DNA from: the human T2T-CHM13v2.0 reference genome, Homo sapiens
Length of the DNA stretch: 64,000 bases
Assembly: GCF_009914755.1 (NCBI RefSeq)
Contig: NC_060948.1
Strand: one strand, 5' to 3'
The translations under genes were made by a program, and so were the position numbers. Below are positions 1 through 14,759 of this stretch, piece by piece. The stretch's first letter is position 1. Every line of letters begins with the position of its first letter. The notes under the pieces were generated by a model, which searched no databases, had not been told where the DNA came from, and worked only from the letters and a program-made list of their open reading frames with translations.

Positions 1-3000
1 TGGAACAGAGAGCAATGGTATAGAATGGAATGGAATCATCTGGAATGGAATTGAATGGAATGGAATAATATGAAATGGAATGGAATGGAATGGAATGGAA
101 TGCCCTTGAATTAAATGGACTGGAATGGAATGGACTCGAACAGAGTGGAATGGAAAGTGTTGAGATAGAATGGAATGGACTCCTTTGGAATGGTGTAGTA
201 TGCAATGCAATCGACTGGCAGGGAATCAAAAGGAATGTAATGGAATGGATTGGACTGGAATGCAATGGACTCGAATAGATTGGAAACGGAATGCAAAGGA
301 ATGGAATGGAATAGTATGGAATGGAATGGAAAGGAATGGAGTGGAATAGACTAGAGTGGAATGGAATGGACTGGAAAGCAATGGACTGGAATGGAACTTT
401 CTTGAATGGACTGGAATCAAACGGAATGGAATGCAATGCAATCAAATGGCATGGAATAAAATAGAATGAAAGAGAATCAAATGGAATTGAATCGAATGGA
501 ATCGAATGGATTGGAAAGGAATAGAATGGAATGGAATGGAATTGACTCAAATGGAATGGACTAGAATGGAATGGATTCGAATGGAAGGCAAAGGAATGGA
601 ATCTATTGGAATGGACTGTAATGGAATGGAATGGAAGGGATTGGAATGGACTCGAATGGAATGGACTGCAATAGAAAGGATTCGAATGGAATGAAAAAGA
701 ATTGAATGGAATAGAACAGAATGGAATCAAATCGAATGAAATGGAATGGAATAGAAAGGAATGGAATGAAATGGAATGGAAAGGATTCGAATGGAATGCA
801 ATCGAATGGAATGGAATCGAACGGAATGGAATAAAATGGAAGAAAACTGGCAAGAAATGGAATCGAAATGAATGGAGTGTTATGGAACGGACTCAAAAGG
901 AATTGAATGTAATAGAATGGAGTGGAGTGGACTCGAATATAATGGACTGGAATGGAATGAAATCACATGGAATGGGAACGAATGGAATGGAATGGAAAGG
1001 AATGGAATCGAATGGAAAGGAATCGAATGGAAGGGAATGAAATTGAATCAACAGGAATGGAAGGGAATAGAATAGACGGTAATGGAATGGACTCGAATAG
1101 AATGGACACGAATGCTCAAATTGAATGGACTCGAATGGAATGGAAACGAAAGGAATGTCATCGAATGGAATTGAATCGATTGGAATGAAATCGCATAGAA
1201 TGGAGTGGAATCAAATGGAATTGAATCGAAAGGAAAGGAAGCGAATGGACTGAAATGAAATGGAATGGAATTGAATGGAAAGTAATGCAATGGAATAGAA
1301 TGGAACGAAATTTCACGGAATGGAATCAAACTGAATGGAATCAAATCAATGGAATCCAATCAAATGGAATGGAGTAGATTGGATTGGATGGGATTGGAAT
1401 GAAATGTACTGGAAAGGACTCGAATTTCATGAAACGGAATGCAATGAATTGGAACGGAAAGGACTCGATTGGAATGGAATGTCATGGAATGGCATCAAAT
1501 GGAATGGCATCAAATGGAATGGAATCGAATGCAATGGAATGCTATGGAATGGAATGGAATGCATTGGAATGGAATGTCCTCTAATGGAATGGATTCGAGT
1601 GGAATGGAATCGAATATAATGGAGTCGAATGAAATGGAATTGAAAGGAATGGGATCGAATACAATGGAATATACTGGAATGTAATGTAATGAACTCGAAT
1701 GTAATTGACTGGAATGGAATGTACATGAATGGAATGTAATCGAATGGAAAGTAATCCAATGGAATAGAATCTAATGCAATAAAATCGACTCAGATAGAGT
1801 AGAATGTAATGGAATGGAGTGCAGTGCCATGGAATGGAATGGAATGGAATGCAATGGAATGGAATGGAATGCAATGGAATGGAATGGAATGGGATGGAAT
1901 GGGATGGAATGGTGTGGAATGGATAGTAATGGACTGGAGTGAAATGGACTGGAAAGGAATGGACTCAAATTGAAAGGGCTCGAAAGGAATGGAGTCAAAT
2001 GGAATGGTCTGGATTGGAATGAACACGAATGTAATGCAATCCAATAGAATGGAATCGAATGGCATGGAATATAAAGAAATGGAATCGAAGAGAATGGAAA
2101 CAAATGGAATGGAATTGAATGGAATGGAATTGAATGGAATGGGAACGAATGGAGTGAAATTGTATGCAGTAGAAGAGAATAGAATGGAATGCAAGCGAAA
2201 GGAAAGGAATGGATTGGAATGGAATGGAATTCATTGGAATGGAAGGGAATGTAGTGTAATGGACAGGCCTGGAATAAAGTGGAATGCTACGGTCTCGAAT
2301 GGAATAAAAATGTATGGAATGGAATGCAATGAAACGGAATCGAATGTCATAGAATGTAATGGAATGCAAAAAAATGGAATCCAAAATCATTGACTGGAAA
2401 GGCTGGGTGTCGAAAGGAATTGACTCCAATGGAATGGAATCGAATGGAATGGAAGAGAATAGAATCGAACTAAATCGAATGGAATGGAATTGATAGGAAC
2501 GGAATGGAAAGGAATGCAATCATTTGGCATGGAATGGAATCGAATGGCATCGAATGGAATGGAATGGAATGCAATGGAATGGAATGTATTAGAATGTAAT
2601 GAACTTTAATGGAATGTACTCGAATGGAATCGACTGGAATGGAATGTTCTGGAAGTGAATGGACTCCAATGGAATGGATTCAAAAGGAATGGAATCGTAC
2701 GGAATGGAATCTAATGGAATGGAATTAAATGGAAATGAATCAAACTGAATAGAACGGAATTGAATTGAATGGAATCGAATGCAATGGAATCTAATGAAAC
2801 GGAAAGGAAAGGAATGGAATGGAATGGAATGGGCTGGAATGGAAAGGAATCGAAACGAATGGAATGGAATCGAACTGAAGAGACTGGAATGGAATGCACT
2901 GGATGGAAGGGAGTGTAATGGAAGGTTCTCGAAAAAAATGGAATCGAATGGAATGGAATTGAATGGAACGGAATAGAGTCGAATGGAATTGAATGGAATG

Positions 3001-6000
3001 GAATGGACTAGAGTGAAATGGAATCGAACCACAAGGAATGGACAGGAATAGAACGGTCTCGAATTGAATGGAATCGTATGGAATGGCATCAAACGGAATG
3101 GAATGGACAGCCACGGAATGGAATGCACTCGAATGCAATGGAGTCGAAACTAATGGACTGGAATAGAATGGACTCGACTGGTACGGACTCCAATGGAATG
3201 GAATCGAATGGAAGGGAATCGAACGGAATGGACTCGAAGGGAAAAGACTGCAATGGAAAGGTCTCGAATGGAATGGAAATTAATGGAATGGAATGGAATC
3301 GAATGAAATGGAGTCAAAAGGAATGGAATCGAATGGCAAGAAAACGAATGTAATGGAATCGCAAGGAATTGATGTGAACGGAACGGAATGGAATGGAATC
3401 CAAAGGAATGGAATAGAATGGAATGGAATCGAATGGAAAGGACTCGAATGGAAATCACTCGAATAGAATGCAATTTAATAAAATAGGACCAAATGTAATG
3501 GAATGGAATGGAAAGGAATCGAAACGAAAGGAATGGAGACAGATGGAATGGAATGGAACAGAGAGCAATGGTATAGAATGGAATGGAATCATCTGGAATG
3601 GAATTGAATGGAATGGAATAACATGAAATGGACTGGAATGGAATGGAATGCCCTTGAATTAAATGGACTGGAATGGAATGGACTCGAACAGAGTGGAATG
3701 GAAAGTGTTGAAATAGAATGGAATGGACTGGTTTGGAATGGTCTAGTATGCAATGCAATCGACTGGCAGGGAATCAAAAGGAATGTAATCGAATGGATTG
3801 GACTGGAATGCAATGGACTCGAATAGATTGGAAACGGAATGCAAAGGAATGGAATGGAATAGTATGGAATGGAATGGAAAGGAATGGAGTGGAATAGACT
3901 AGAGTGGAATGGAATGGACTCGAAAGCAATGGACTGGAATGGAACTTTCTTGAATGGACTGGAATCAAACGGAATGGAATGCAATGCAATCAAATGGCAT
4001 GGAATAAAATAGAATGAAAGAGAATCAAATGGAATTGAATCGAATGGAATCGAATGGATTGGAAAGGAATAGAATGGAATGGAATGGAATTGACTCAAAT
4101 GGAATGGACTAGAATGGAATGGATTCGAATGGAAGGCAAAGGAATGGAATCTATTGGAATGGACTGTAATGGAATGCAATGGAAGGGATTGGAATGGACT
4201 CGAATGGAATGGACTGCAATAGAAAGGATTCGAATGGAATGAAAAAGAATTGAATGGAATAGAACAGAATGGAATCAAATCGAATGAAATGGAATGGAAT
4301 AGAAAGGAATGGAATGAAATGGAATGGAAAGGATTCGAATGGAATGCAATCGAATGGAATGTAATCGAACGCAATGGAATAAAATGGAAGAAAACTGGCA
4401 AGAAATGGAATCGAAATGAATGGAGTGTTATGGAACGGACTCAAAAGGAATTGAATGTAATAGAATGGAGTGGAGTGGACTCGAATATAATGGACTGGAA
4501 TGGAATGAAATCACATGGAATGGGAACGAATGGAATGGAATGGAAAGGAATGGAATCGAATGGAAAGGAATCGAATGGAAGGGAATGAAATTGAATCAAC
4601 AGGAATGGAAGGGAATAGAATAGACGGTAATGGAATGGACTCGAATAGAATGGACACAAATGCTCAAATTGAATGGACTCGAATGGAATGGAAACGAAAG
4701 GAATGTCATCGAATGGAATTGAATCGATTGGAATGAAATAGCATAGAATGGAGTGGAATCAAATGGAATTGAATCGAAAGGAAAGGAAGCGAATGGACTG
4801 AAATGAAATGGAATGGAATTGAATGGAAAGTTATGTAATGGAATAGAATGGAACGAAATTTCACAGGATGCAATCAAACTGAATGGAATCAAATCAATGG
4901 AATCAAATCAAATGGAATGGAAAGGAATTGAATGGAGTAGATTGGATTGGATGGGATTGGAATGAAATGTACTGGAAAGGACTCGAATTTCATGAAACGG
5001 AATGGAATGAATTGGAACGGAACGGACTCGAATGGAATGGAATGTCATGGAATGGCATCAAATGGAATGGCATCAAATGGAATGGAATCGAATGCAATGG
5101 AGTGCTATGGAATGGAATGGAATGCATTGGAATGGAATGTCCTCTAATGGAATGGATTCGAGTGGAATGGAATCGAATATAATGGAGTCGAATGAAATGG
5201 AATTGAAAGGAATGGGATCGAATACAATGGAATATACTGGAATGTAATGTAATGAACTCGAATGTAATTGACTGGAATGGAATGTATATGAATGGAATGT
5301 AATTGAATGGAAAGTAATCCAATGGAATAGAATCTAATGCAATAAAATCGACTCAGATAGAGTAGAATGTAATGGAATGGAGTGCAGTGAAATGGAATGG
5401 AATGGAATGGAATGCAATGGAATGGAATGGAATGGAATGGAATGGGATGGAATGGTGTGGAATGGATAGTAATGGACTGGAGTGAAATGGACTGGAAAGG
5501 AATGGACTCAAATTGAAAGGGCTCGAAAGGAATGGAGTCAAATGGAATGGTCTGGAATGGAATGAACACGAATGTAATGCAATCCAATAGAATGGAATCG
5601 AATGGCATGGAATATAAAGAAATGGAATCGAAGAGAATGGAAACAAATGGAATGGAATTGAATGGAATGGAATTGAATGGAATGGGAACGAATGGAGTGA
5701 AATTGTATGCAGTAGAAGAGAATAGAATGGAATGCAAGCGAAAGGAAAGGAATGGATTGGAATGGAATGGAATTCATTGGAATGGAAGGGAATGTAGTGT
5801 AATGGACAGGCCTGGAATAAAGTGGAATGCTACGGTCTCGAATGGAATAAAAATGTATGGAATGGAATGCAATGAAACGGAATCGAATGTCATAGAATGA
5901 AATGGAATGCAAAAAAATGGAATCCAAAATCATTGACTGGAAAGGCTGGGTGTCGAAAGGAATTGACTCCAATGGAATGGAATCGAATGGAATGGAAGTG

Positions 6001-8878
6001 AATAGAATCGAACTAAATCGAATGGAATGGAATTGATAGGAACGGAATGGAAAGGAATGCAATGATTTGGCATGGAATGGAATCGAATGGCATCGAATGG
6101 AATGGAATGGAATGCAATGGAATGGAATGTATTAGAATGTAATGAACTTTAATGGAATGTACTCGAATGGATTCGACTGGAATGGAATGTTCTGGAAGTG
6201 AATGGACTCCAATGGAATGGATTCAAAAGGAATGGAATCGTACGGAATGGAATCTAATGGAATGGAATTAAATGGAAATGAATCAAATTGAATAGCACGG
6301 AATTGAATTGAATGGAATCGAATGCAATGGAATCTAATGAAACGGAAAGGAAAGGAATGGAATGGAATGGAATGGGCTGGAATGGAAAGGAATCGAAACG
6401 AATGGAATGGAATCGAACTGAAGAGACTGGAATGGAATGCACTGGAATGGAAGGGAGTGTAATGGAAGGTTCTCGAAAAAAATGGAATCGAATGGAATGG
6501 AATTGAATGGAACGGAATAGAGTCGAATGGAATTGAATGGAATGGAATGGACTAGAGTGAAATGGAATCGAACCACAAGGAATGGACAGGAATAGAATGG
6601 TCTCGAATTGAATGGAATCGTATGGAATGGCATCAAACGGAATGGAATGGACAGCCACGGAATGGAATGCACTCGAATGCAATGGAGTCGAAACTAATGG
6701 ACTGGAATAGAATGGACTCGACTGGTACGGACTCCAATGGAATGGAATCGAATGGAAGGGAATCGAACGGAATGGACTCGAAGGGAAAAGACTGCAATGG
6801 AGAGGTCTCGAATGGAATGGAAATTAATGGAATGGAATGGAATCGAATGAAATGGAGTCAAAAGGAATGGAATCGAATGGCAAGAAATCGAATGTAATGG
6901 AATCGCAAGGAATTGATGTGAACGGAACGGAATGGAATGGAATCCAAAGGAATGGAATAGAATGGAATGGAATCGAATGGAAAGGACTCGAATGGAAATC
7001 ACTCGAATAGAATGCAATTTAATAAAATAGGATCAAATGTAATGGAATGGAATGGAAAGGAATCGAAACGAAAGGAATGGAGACAGATGGAATGGAATGG
7101 AACAGAGAGCAATGGTATAGAATGGAATGGAATCATCTGGAATGGAATTGAATGGAATGGAATAACATGAAATGGACTGGAATGGAATGGAATGCCCTTG
7201 AATTAAATGGACTGGAATGGAATGGACTCGAACAGAGTGGAATGGAAAGTGTTGAAATAGAATGGAATGGACTGGTTTGGAATGGTCTAGTATGCAATGC
7301 AATCGACTGGCAGGGAATCAAAAGGAATGTAATCGAATGGATTGGACTGGAATGCAATGGACTCGAATAGATTGGAAACGGAATGCAAAGGAATGGAATG
7401 GAATAGTATGGAATGGAATGGAAAGGAATGGAGTGGAATAGACTAGAGTGGAATGGAATGGACTCGAAAGCAATGGACTGGAATGGAACTTTCTTGAATG
7501 GACTGGAATCAAACGGAATGGAATGCAATGCAATCAAATGGCATGGAATAAAATAGAATGAAAGAGAATGAAATGGAATTGAATCGAATGGAATCGAATG
7601 GATTGGAAAGGAATAGAATGGAATGGAATGGAATTGACTCAAATGGAATGGACTAGAATGGAATGGATTCGAATGGAAGGCAAAGGAATGGAATCTATTG
7701 GAATGGACTGTAATGGAATGGAATGGAAGGGATTGGAATGGACTCGAATGGAATGGACTGCAATAGAAAGGATTCGAATGGAATGAAAAAGAATTGAATG
7801 GAATAGAACAGAATGGAATCAAATCGAATGAAATGGAATGGAATAGAAAGGAATGGAATGAAATGGAATGGAAAGGATTCGAATGGAATGCAATCGAATG
7901 GAATGTAATCGAACGCAATGGAATAAAATGGAAGAAAACTGGCAAGAAATGGAATCGAAATGAATGGAGTGTTATGGAACGGACTCAAAAGGAATTGAAT
8001 GTAATAGAATGGAGTGGAGTGGACTCGAATATAATGGACTGGAATGGAATGAAATCACATGGAATGGGAACGAATGGAATGGAATGGAAAGGAATGGAAT
8101 CGAATGGAAAGGAATCGAATGGAAGGGAATGAAATTGAATCAACAGGAATGGAAGGGAATAGAATAGACGGTAATGGAATGGACTCGAATAGAATGGACA
8201 CGAATGCTCAAATTGAATGGACTCGAATGGAATGGAAACGAAAGGAATGTCATCGAATGGAATTGAATCGATTGGAATGAAATCGCATAGAATGGAGTGG
8301 AATCAAATGGAATTGAATCGAAAGGAAAGGAAGCGAATGGACTGAAATGAAATGGAATGGAATTGAATGGAAAGTAATGCAATGGAATAGAATGGAACGA
8401 AATTTCACGGAATGGAATCAAACTGAATGGAATCAAATCAATGGAATCAAATCAAATGGAATGGAAAGGAATTGAATGGAGTAGATTGGATTGGATTGGA
8501 TTGGAATGAAATGTACTGGAAAGGACTCGAATTTCATGAAACGGAATGGAATGAATTGGAACGGAATGGACTCGAATGGAATGGAATGTCATGGAATGGC
8601 ATCAAATGGAATGGCATCAAATGGAATGGAATCGAATGCAATGGAATGCTATGGAATGGAATGGAATGCATTGGAATGGAATGTCCTCTAATGGAATGGA
8701 TTCGAGTGGAATGGAATCGAATATAATGGAGTCGAATGAAATGGAATTGAAAGGAATGGGATCGAATACAATGGAATATACTGGAATGTAATGTAATGAA
8801 CTCGAATGTATTTGACTGGAATGGAATGTACATGAATGGAATGTAATCGAATGGAAAGTAATCCAATGGAATAGAATC
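1..8878 (+). repeat. DYZ1: DYZ1 / human satellite 3 (GGAAT)n array, ~2.5 copies of a ~3.55 kb higher-order unit
   Basis: Degenerate GGAAT pentamers throughout. Unique landmarks recur at 3543-3563 bp (ORF starts 506/4054/7598; EcoRI GAATTC at 2227 and 5770; HaeIII GGCC at 2266 and 5809). The period and the landmark GGACAGGCCTGGAATAAAGTGGA match DYZ1 as I recall it. Confidence 0.96.
2268..5810 (+). repeat. DYZ1: One complete DYZ1 monomer (HaeIII to HaeIII, 3543 bp)
   Basis: GGCC at 2266-2269 and 5809-5812 in identical context (aatggacaggcctggaataaagtgg). Confidence 0.9.
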
Positions 8879-9920
<1,042 letters not shown>

Positions 9921-10490
9921 AGATCCATATTTTTTAAATGAAAAAAAATTTCAAAGGTACTCTGCTTGGTACAATAATCAAATGTATAAACTGAGGAATA
10001 AAACATAACCATGAAACCTATTTATAACTGCATATGGAAAATACAGAGGATAATTTTTTAAATAACATATTGTTAAAGCCTTAACTAGTAATTTGAAGAG
10101 TTGGCATTTGAAAGGCCAGTATGAATATACCTTCACAGCAGCAACACAGGTTCCCCATGAGAAAAAGCAAACTCAGGGAAAATAAAACCACAAAGGTTCA
10201 ATCTCTTCTGACCTTTGAAAGACACAGCACAGACAGTGGTCCTTAGGACGAAGAGTAGGAGACCCCTAATTCCGTCACCATGGCGATAGGGCATAAACAT
10301 TGCTGGGTGAGGGCACAATCCACATTGTGAGGTCCAACTGCTGCCAGGAAGACAGGAGTGCTTTTACATGGACCGAAAGGTCATTGAAGGCTCAGAGTTT
10401 TGTTTCAAGAACTGAATCCCAAGCCCACACGTTATTAGGCTGCGCTTCTTAAAACAAGTTATGAGATGGGAAAAAGGGCACCCACAAACA
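9921..10490. repeat. HSATI-type non-Alu, higher-complexity segment of DYZ2 (representative; follows every Alu copy)
   Basis: ~570 bp from agatccatatttttt to cccacaaaca, near-identical in all 23 units. The name comes from the known three-part structure of DYZ2, not from a database match. Confidence 0.8.
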
Positions 10491-12048
10491 TACGTATACA
10501 TTATGTATATAATAATATACAGTATCATATATATAATATATATAACCTATGTATAATATTGTTTTACATCCTGCATCTTATGTTATATATATTGTATAAA
10601 ATATAATAATTGATAATATATAAGTTTTATATCTATACAATATGACATATAGTATATATTATAATTTATGACATATATAATATATGTTATATATCATATA
10701 TAGAATATATTATACGGTTAATATACGTATTAAATATAAATTATACATTATATATATTATATATAATATATCTGTTATATATAATACCCATTATGCATAA
10801 TATATATATTATGTCTATGTTATATATAGTATAAAACAACATATAATAATATATAATTGTATATATAAAATGCGACATAATATATATATTATATTTTATA
10901 ACATATGTAATATATATTATATATTATATATAATACGTTGTATGTATAATACCTATATTAAATATATATTATATGACTATGTTATTAATTACATGTCACA
11001 TGTGTTATATATTATATATTTTACATAGAATATACCGGTTACATACAATATATACTATGTTACCTATTATGTATAATTTATTACATGTAAAATAAAGAAT
11101 GCAATATATTATGTATAATTTATAATATACAATATGTGGAATGAGATATATATAACATATAATATATGATATATGATATACAGTATATGATATATAACAT
11201 ACAATATATGATTCCTAATATATATGGTATACAATATATATTTTATGATATGTATTCTATATGTTTTATATTCTGTTATATATAACTATTTGAAATTATA
11301 TATAACTGTATAATATTTTATGTAAATATGTAATATAATATATATAACTATATAATATATTATATATAACTATATATTATGTTATATACACTTTTATAAC
11401 ATAATTTACATAAAATATCATAATATAATATATATTATATTATTTCATATTACATAATATATATTACATATCACCCAATATAACTAACATACATAATATT
11501 ATAATATAGATTATATTATGTTATATGAAATATCATATATATCATGTATCATATATTCTATAATATATATTACACATTATAAAATATGTATGTTGTCTAT
11601 TATGTGATATATATAACTCTATATATAATTATATTATTATACATATAACTAGATAAACATGTAAGTCTACATATTTTCATTTATAATATGTAGAATTATA
11701 TAATCATATATAATTATTTATATTCTATAAAAAATTTTATCATTATATAAATTATAATATATAAAAATTATAATATGTACTACAAATATATATATTATAT
11801 ATCATATATGATATAGTACCTTTGTTATATATCATAATACATATAAATGTGTATTATGTTATCTATAATTATATAATTTCATATATAAGATGTATAATAT
11901 GTATCATATATTATATATGTTATGTAATATACATAGTATATATAAGATGAAACAGGATAAATATTATATACTATGACATATAAAATATATCCGGTTATAT
12001 GTTACGTATAAGGCATAGCACATAACATGTAATATATATCATATATAA
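10491..12048. repeat. AT-rich degenerate (TA)n-like block of DYZ2 (representative full-length copy)
   Basis: ~1.56 kb of mostly alternating A/T, copied position for position between units. Confidence 0.9.
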
Positions 12049-12340
<292 letters not shown>

Positions 12341-14444
12341 AGATCCATATTTTTTAAATGAAAAAAAATTTCAAAGGTACTCTGCTTGGTACAATAATCA
12401 AATGTATAAACTGAGGAATAAAACATAACCATGAAACCTACTTATAACTGCATATGGAAAATACAGAGGATAATTTTTTAAATAACATATTTTGAAAGCC
12501 TTAACTAGTAATTTGAAGAGCTGGCATTTGAAAGGCCAGTATGAATATACCTTCAAAGCAGCAACACAGGTTTCCCCAAGAGAAAAAGCAAACACAGGGA
12601 AAATAAAAACACAAAGGTTCAATCTCTTCTGACCTTTGAAAGACACAGCACAGACAGTGGTCCTTAGGACGAAGAGCAGGAGACCCCTAATTCCGTCACC
12701 ATGGCGATAGGGCATAAACATTGCTGGGTGAGGGCACAATCCACATTGTGAGGTCCAACTGCTGCCAGGAAGACAGGAGTGCTTTTACATAGACCGAAAG
12801 GTCATTGAAGGCTCAGAATTTTGTTTCAAGAACTGAATCCCAAGCCCACACGTTATTAGGCTGCGCTTCTTAAAACAAGTTATGAGATGGGAAAAAGGGC
12901 ACCCACAAACATACGTATACATTATGTATATAATAATATACAGTATCATATATATAATATATATAACCTATGTATAATATTGTTTTACATCCTGCATCTT
13001 ATGTTATATATATTGTATAAAATATAATAATTGATAATATATAAGTTTTATATTTATACAATATGACATATAGTATATATTATTATTTATGACATATATA
13101 ATATATGTTATATATCATATATAGAATATATTATACGGTTAATATACGTATTAAATATAAATTATACATTATATATATTATATATAATATATCTGTTATA
13201 TATAATACCCATTATGCATAATATATATATTATGTCTATGTTATATATAGTATAAAACAACATATAATAATATATAATTGTATATATAAAATGCGACATA
13301 TAATATATATTACATTTTATAACATATGTAATATATATTATATATTATATGTAATACGTTGTATGTATAATACCTATATTAAATATATATTATATGACTA
13401 TGTTATTAATTACATGTCACATGTGTTATATATTATTTATTTTACACAGAATATACCGGTTATATACAATATATACTATGTTACCTACAATGTATAATTT
13501 ATTACATGTAAAATAAAGAATGCAATATATTATGTATAATTTATAAAATACAATATGTGGAATGTGATATATATAACATATAATATATGATATAGGATAT
13601 ACAGTATATGATATATAACATACAATATATGATACCTAACATATATGGTATACAATATATATTTTATGACATGTATTCTCTATGTTTTATATTCTGTTAT
13701 ATATAACTATTTGAAATTATGTATAACTGTATAATATTTTATGTAAATATGTAATATAATATATATAAAAATATAATATATTATATATAACTATATATTA
13801 TGTTATATATAATTTTATAACATAATTTACATAAAATATCATAATATAATATATATTATATTATTTCATACTACATAATATATATTACATATCTCCCAAT
13901 ATAAGTAACATATATAATATTATAATATAGATTATATTATGTTATATTAAATATCATATATATCATGTATCATATATTCTATAATATATATTATACATTA
14001 TATAATATGTGTGTTGTCTATTATGTGATATATATAACTATATATATAATTATATTATTATACATATAACTAGATAAACATGTAATTCTACATATTTTCA
14101 TTTATAATATATAGAATTATATAATCATATATAATTATTTATATTCTATAAAAAATTATATCATTATATAAATTATAATATATAAAAATTATAATATGTA
14201 CTACAAATATATATAATATATCATATATGATATAGTACCTTTGTTATATATCATAATACATATAAATGTGTATTATGTTATCTATAATTATATAATTTCA
14301 TATATAAGATGTATAATATGTATTATATATTATATATGTTATGTAATATATATAGTATATATAAGATGACACAGGATAAATATTATATACTATGACATAT
14401 AAAATATATGAGGTTATATGTTACATATAAGGCATAGCACATAA

Positions 14445-14759
<315 letters not shown>

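Noticed and set aside
2130-2283. Sites matching classical DYZ1 sexing-PCR primers as I recall them (154 bp span)
   Set aside because: Supports the DYZ1 identification but is not a novel or functional feature.
10133-10318. 61-aa minus-strand ORF (MCPHPAMFMP...) retained in nearly all DYZ2 units
   Set aside because: Short, starts at a non-ATG codon, and has no recognisable domain. Retention is explained by near-identity of the units, and amino-acid-changing variants occur freely.
11135-11146. Lone TGGAATG inside the DYZ2 AT block as a possible satellite 3 remnant
   Set aside because: A single short match expected by chance, and mutated to GGATTG in several units.
12398-12739. 113-aa ORF in unit 2
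   Set aside because: Created by a private 1-bp insertion that fuses two chance frames.
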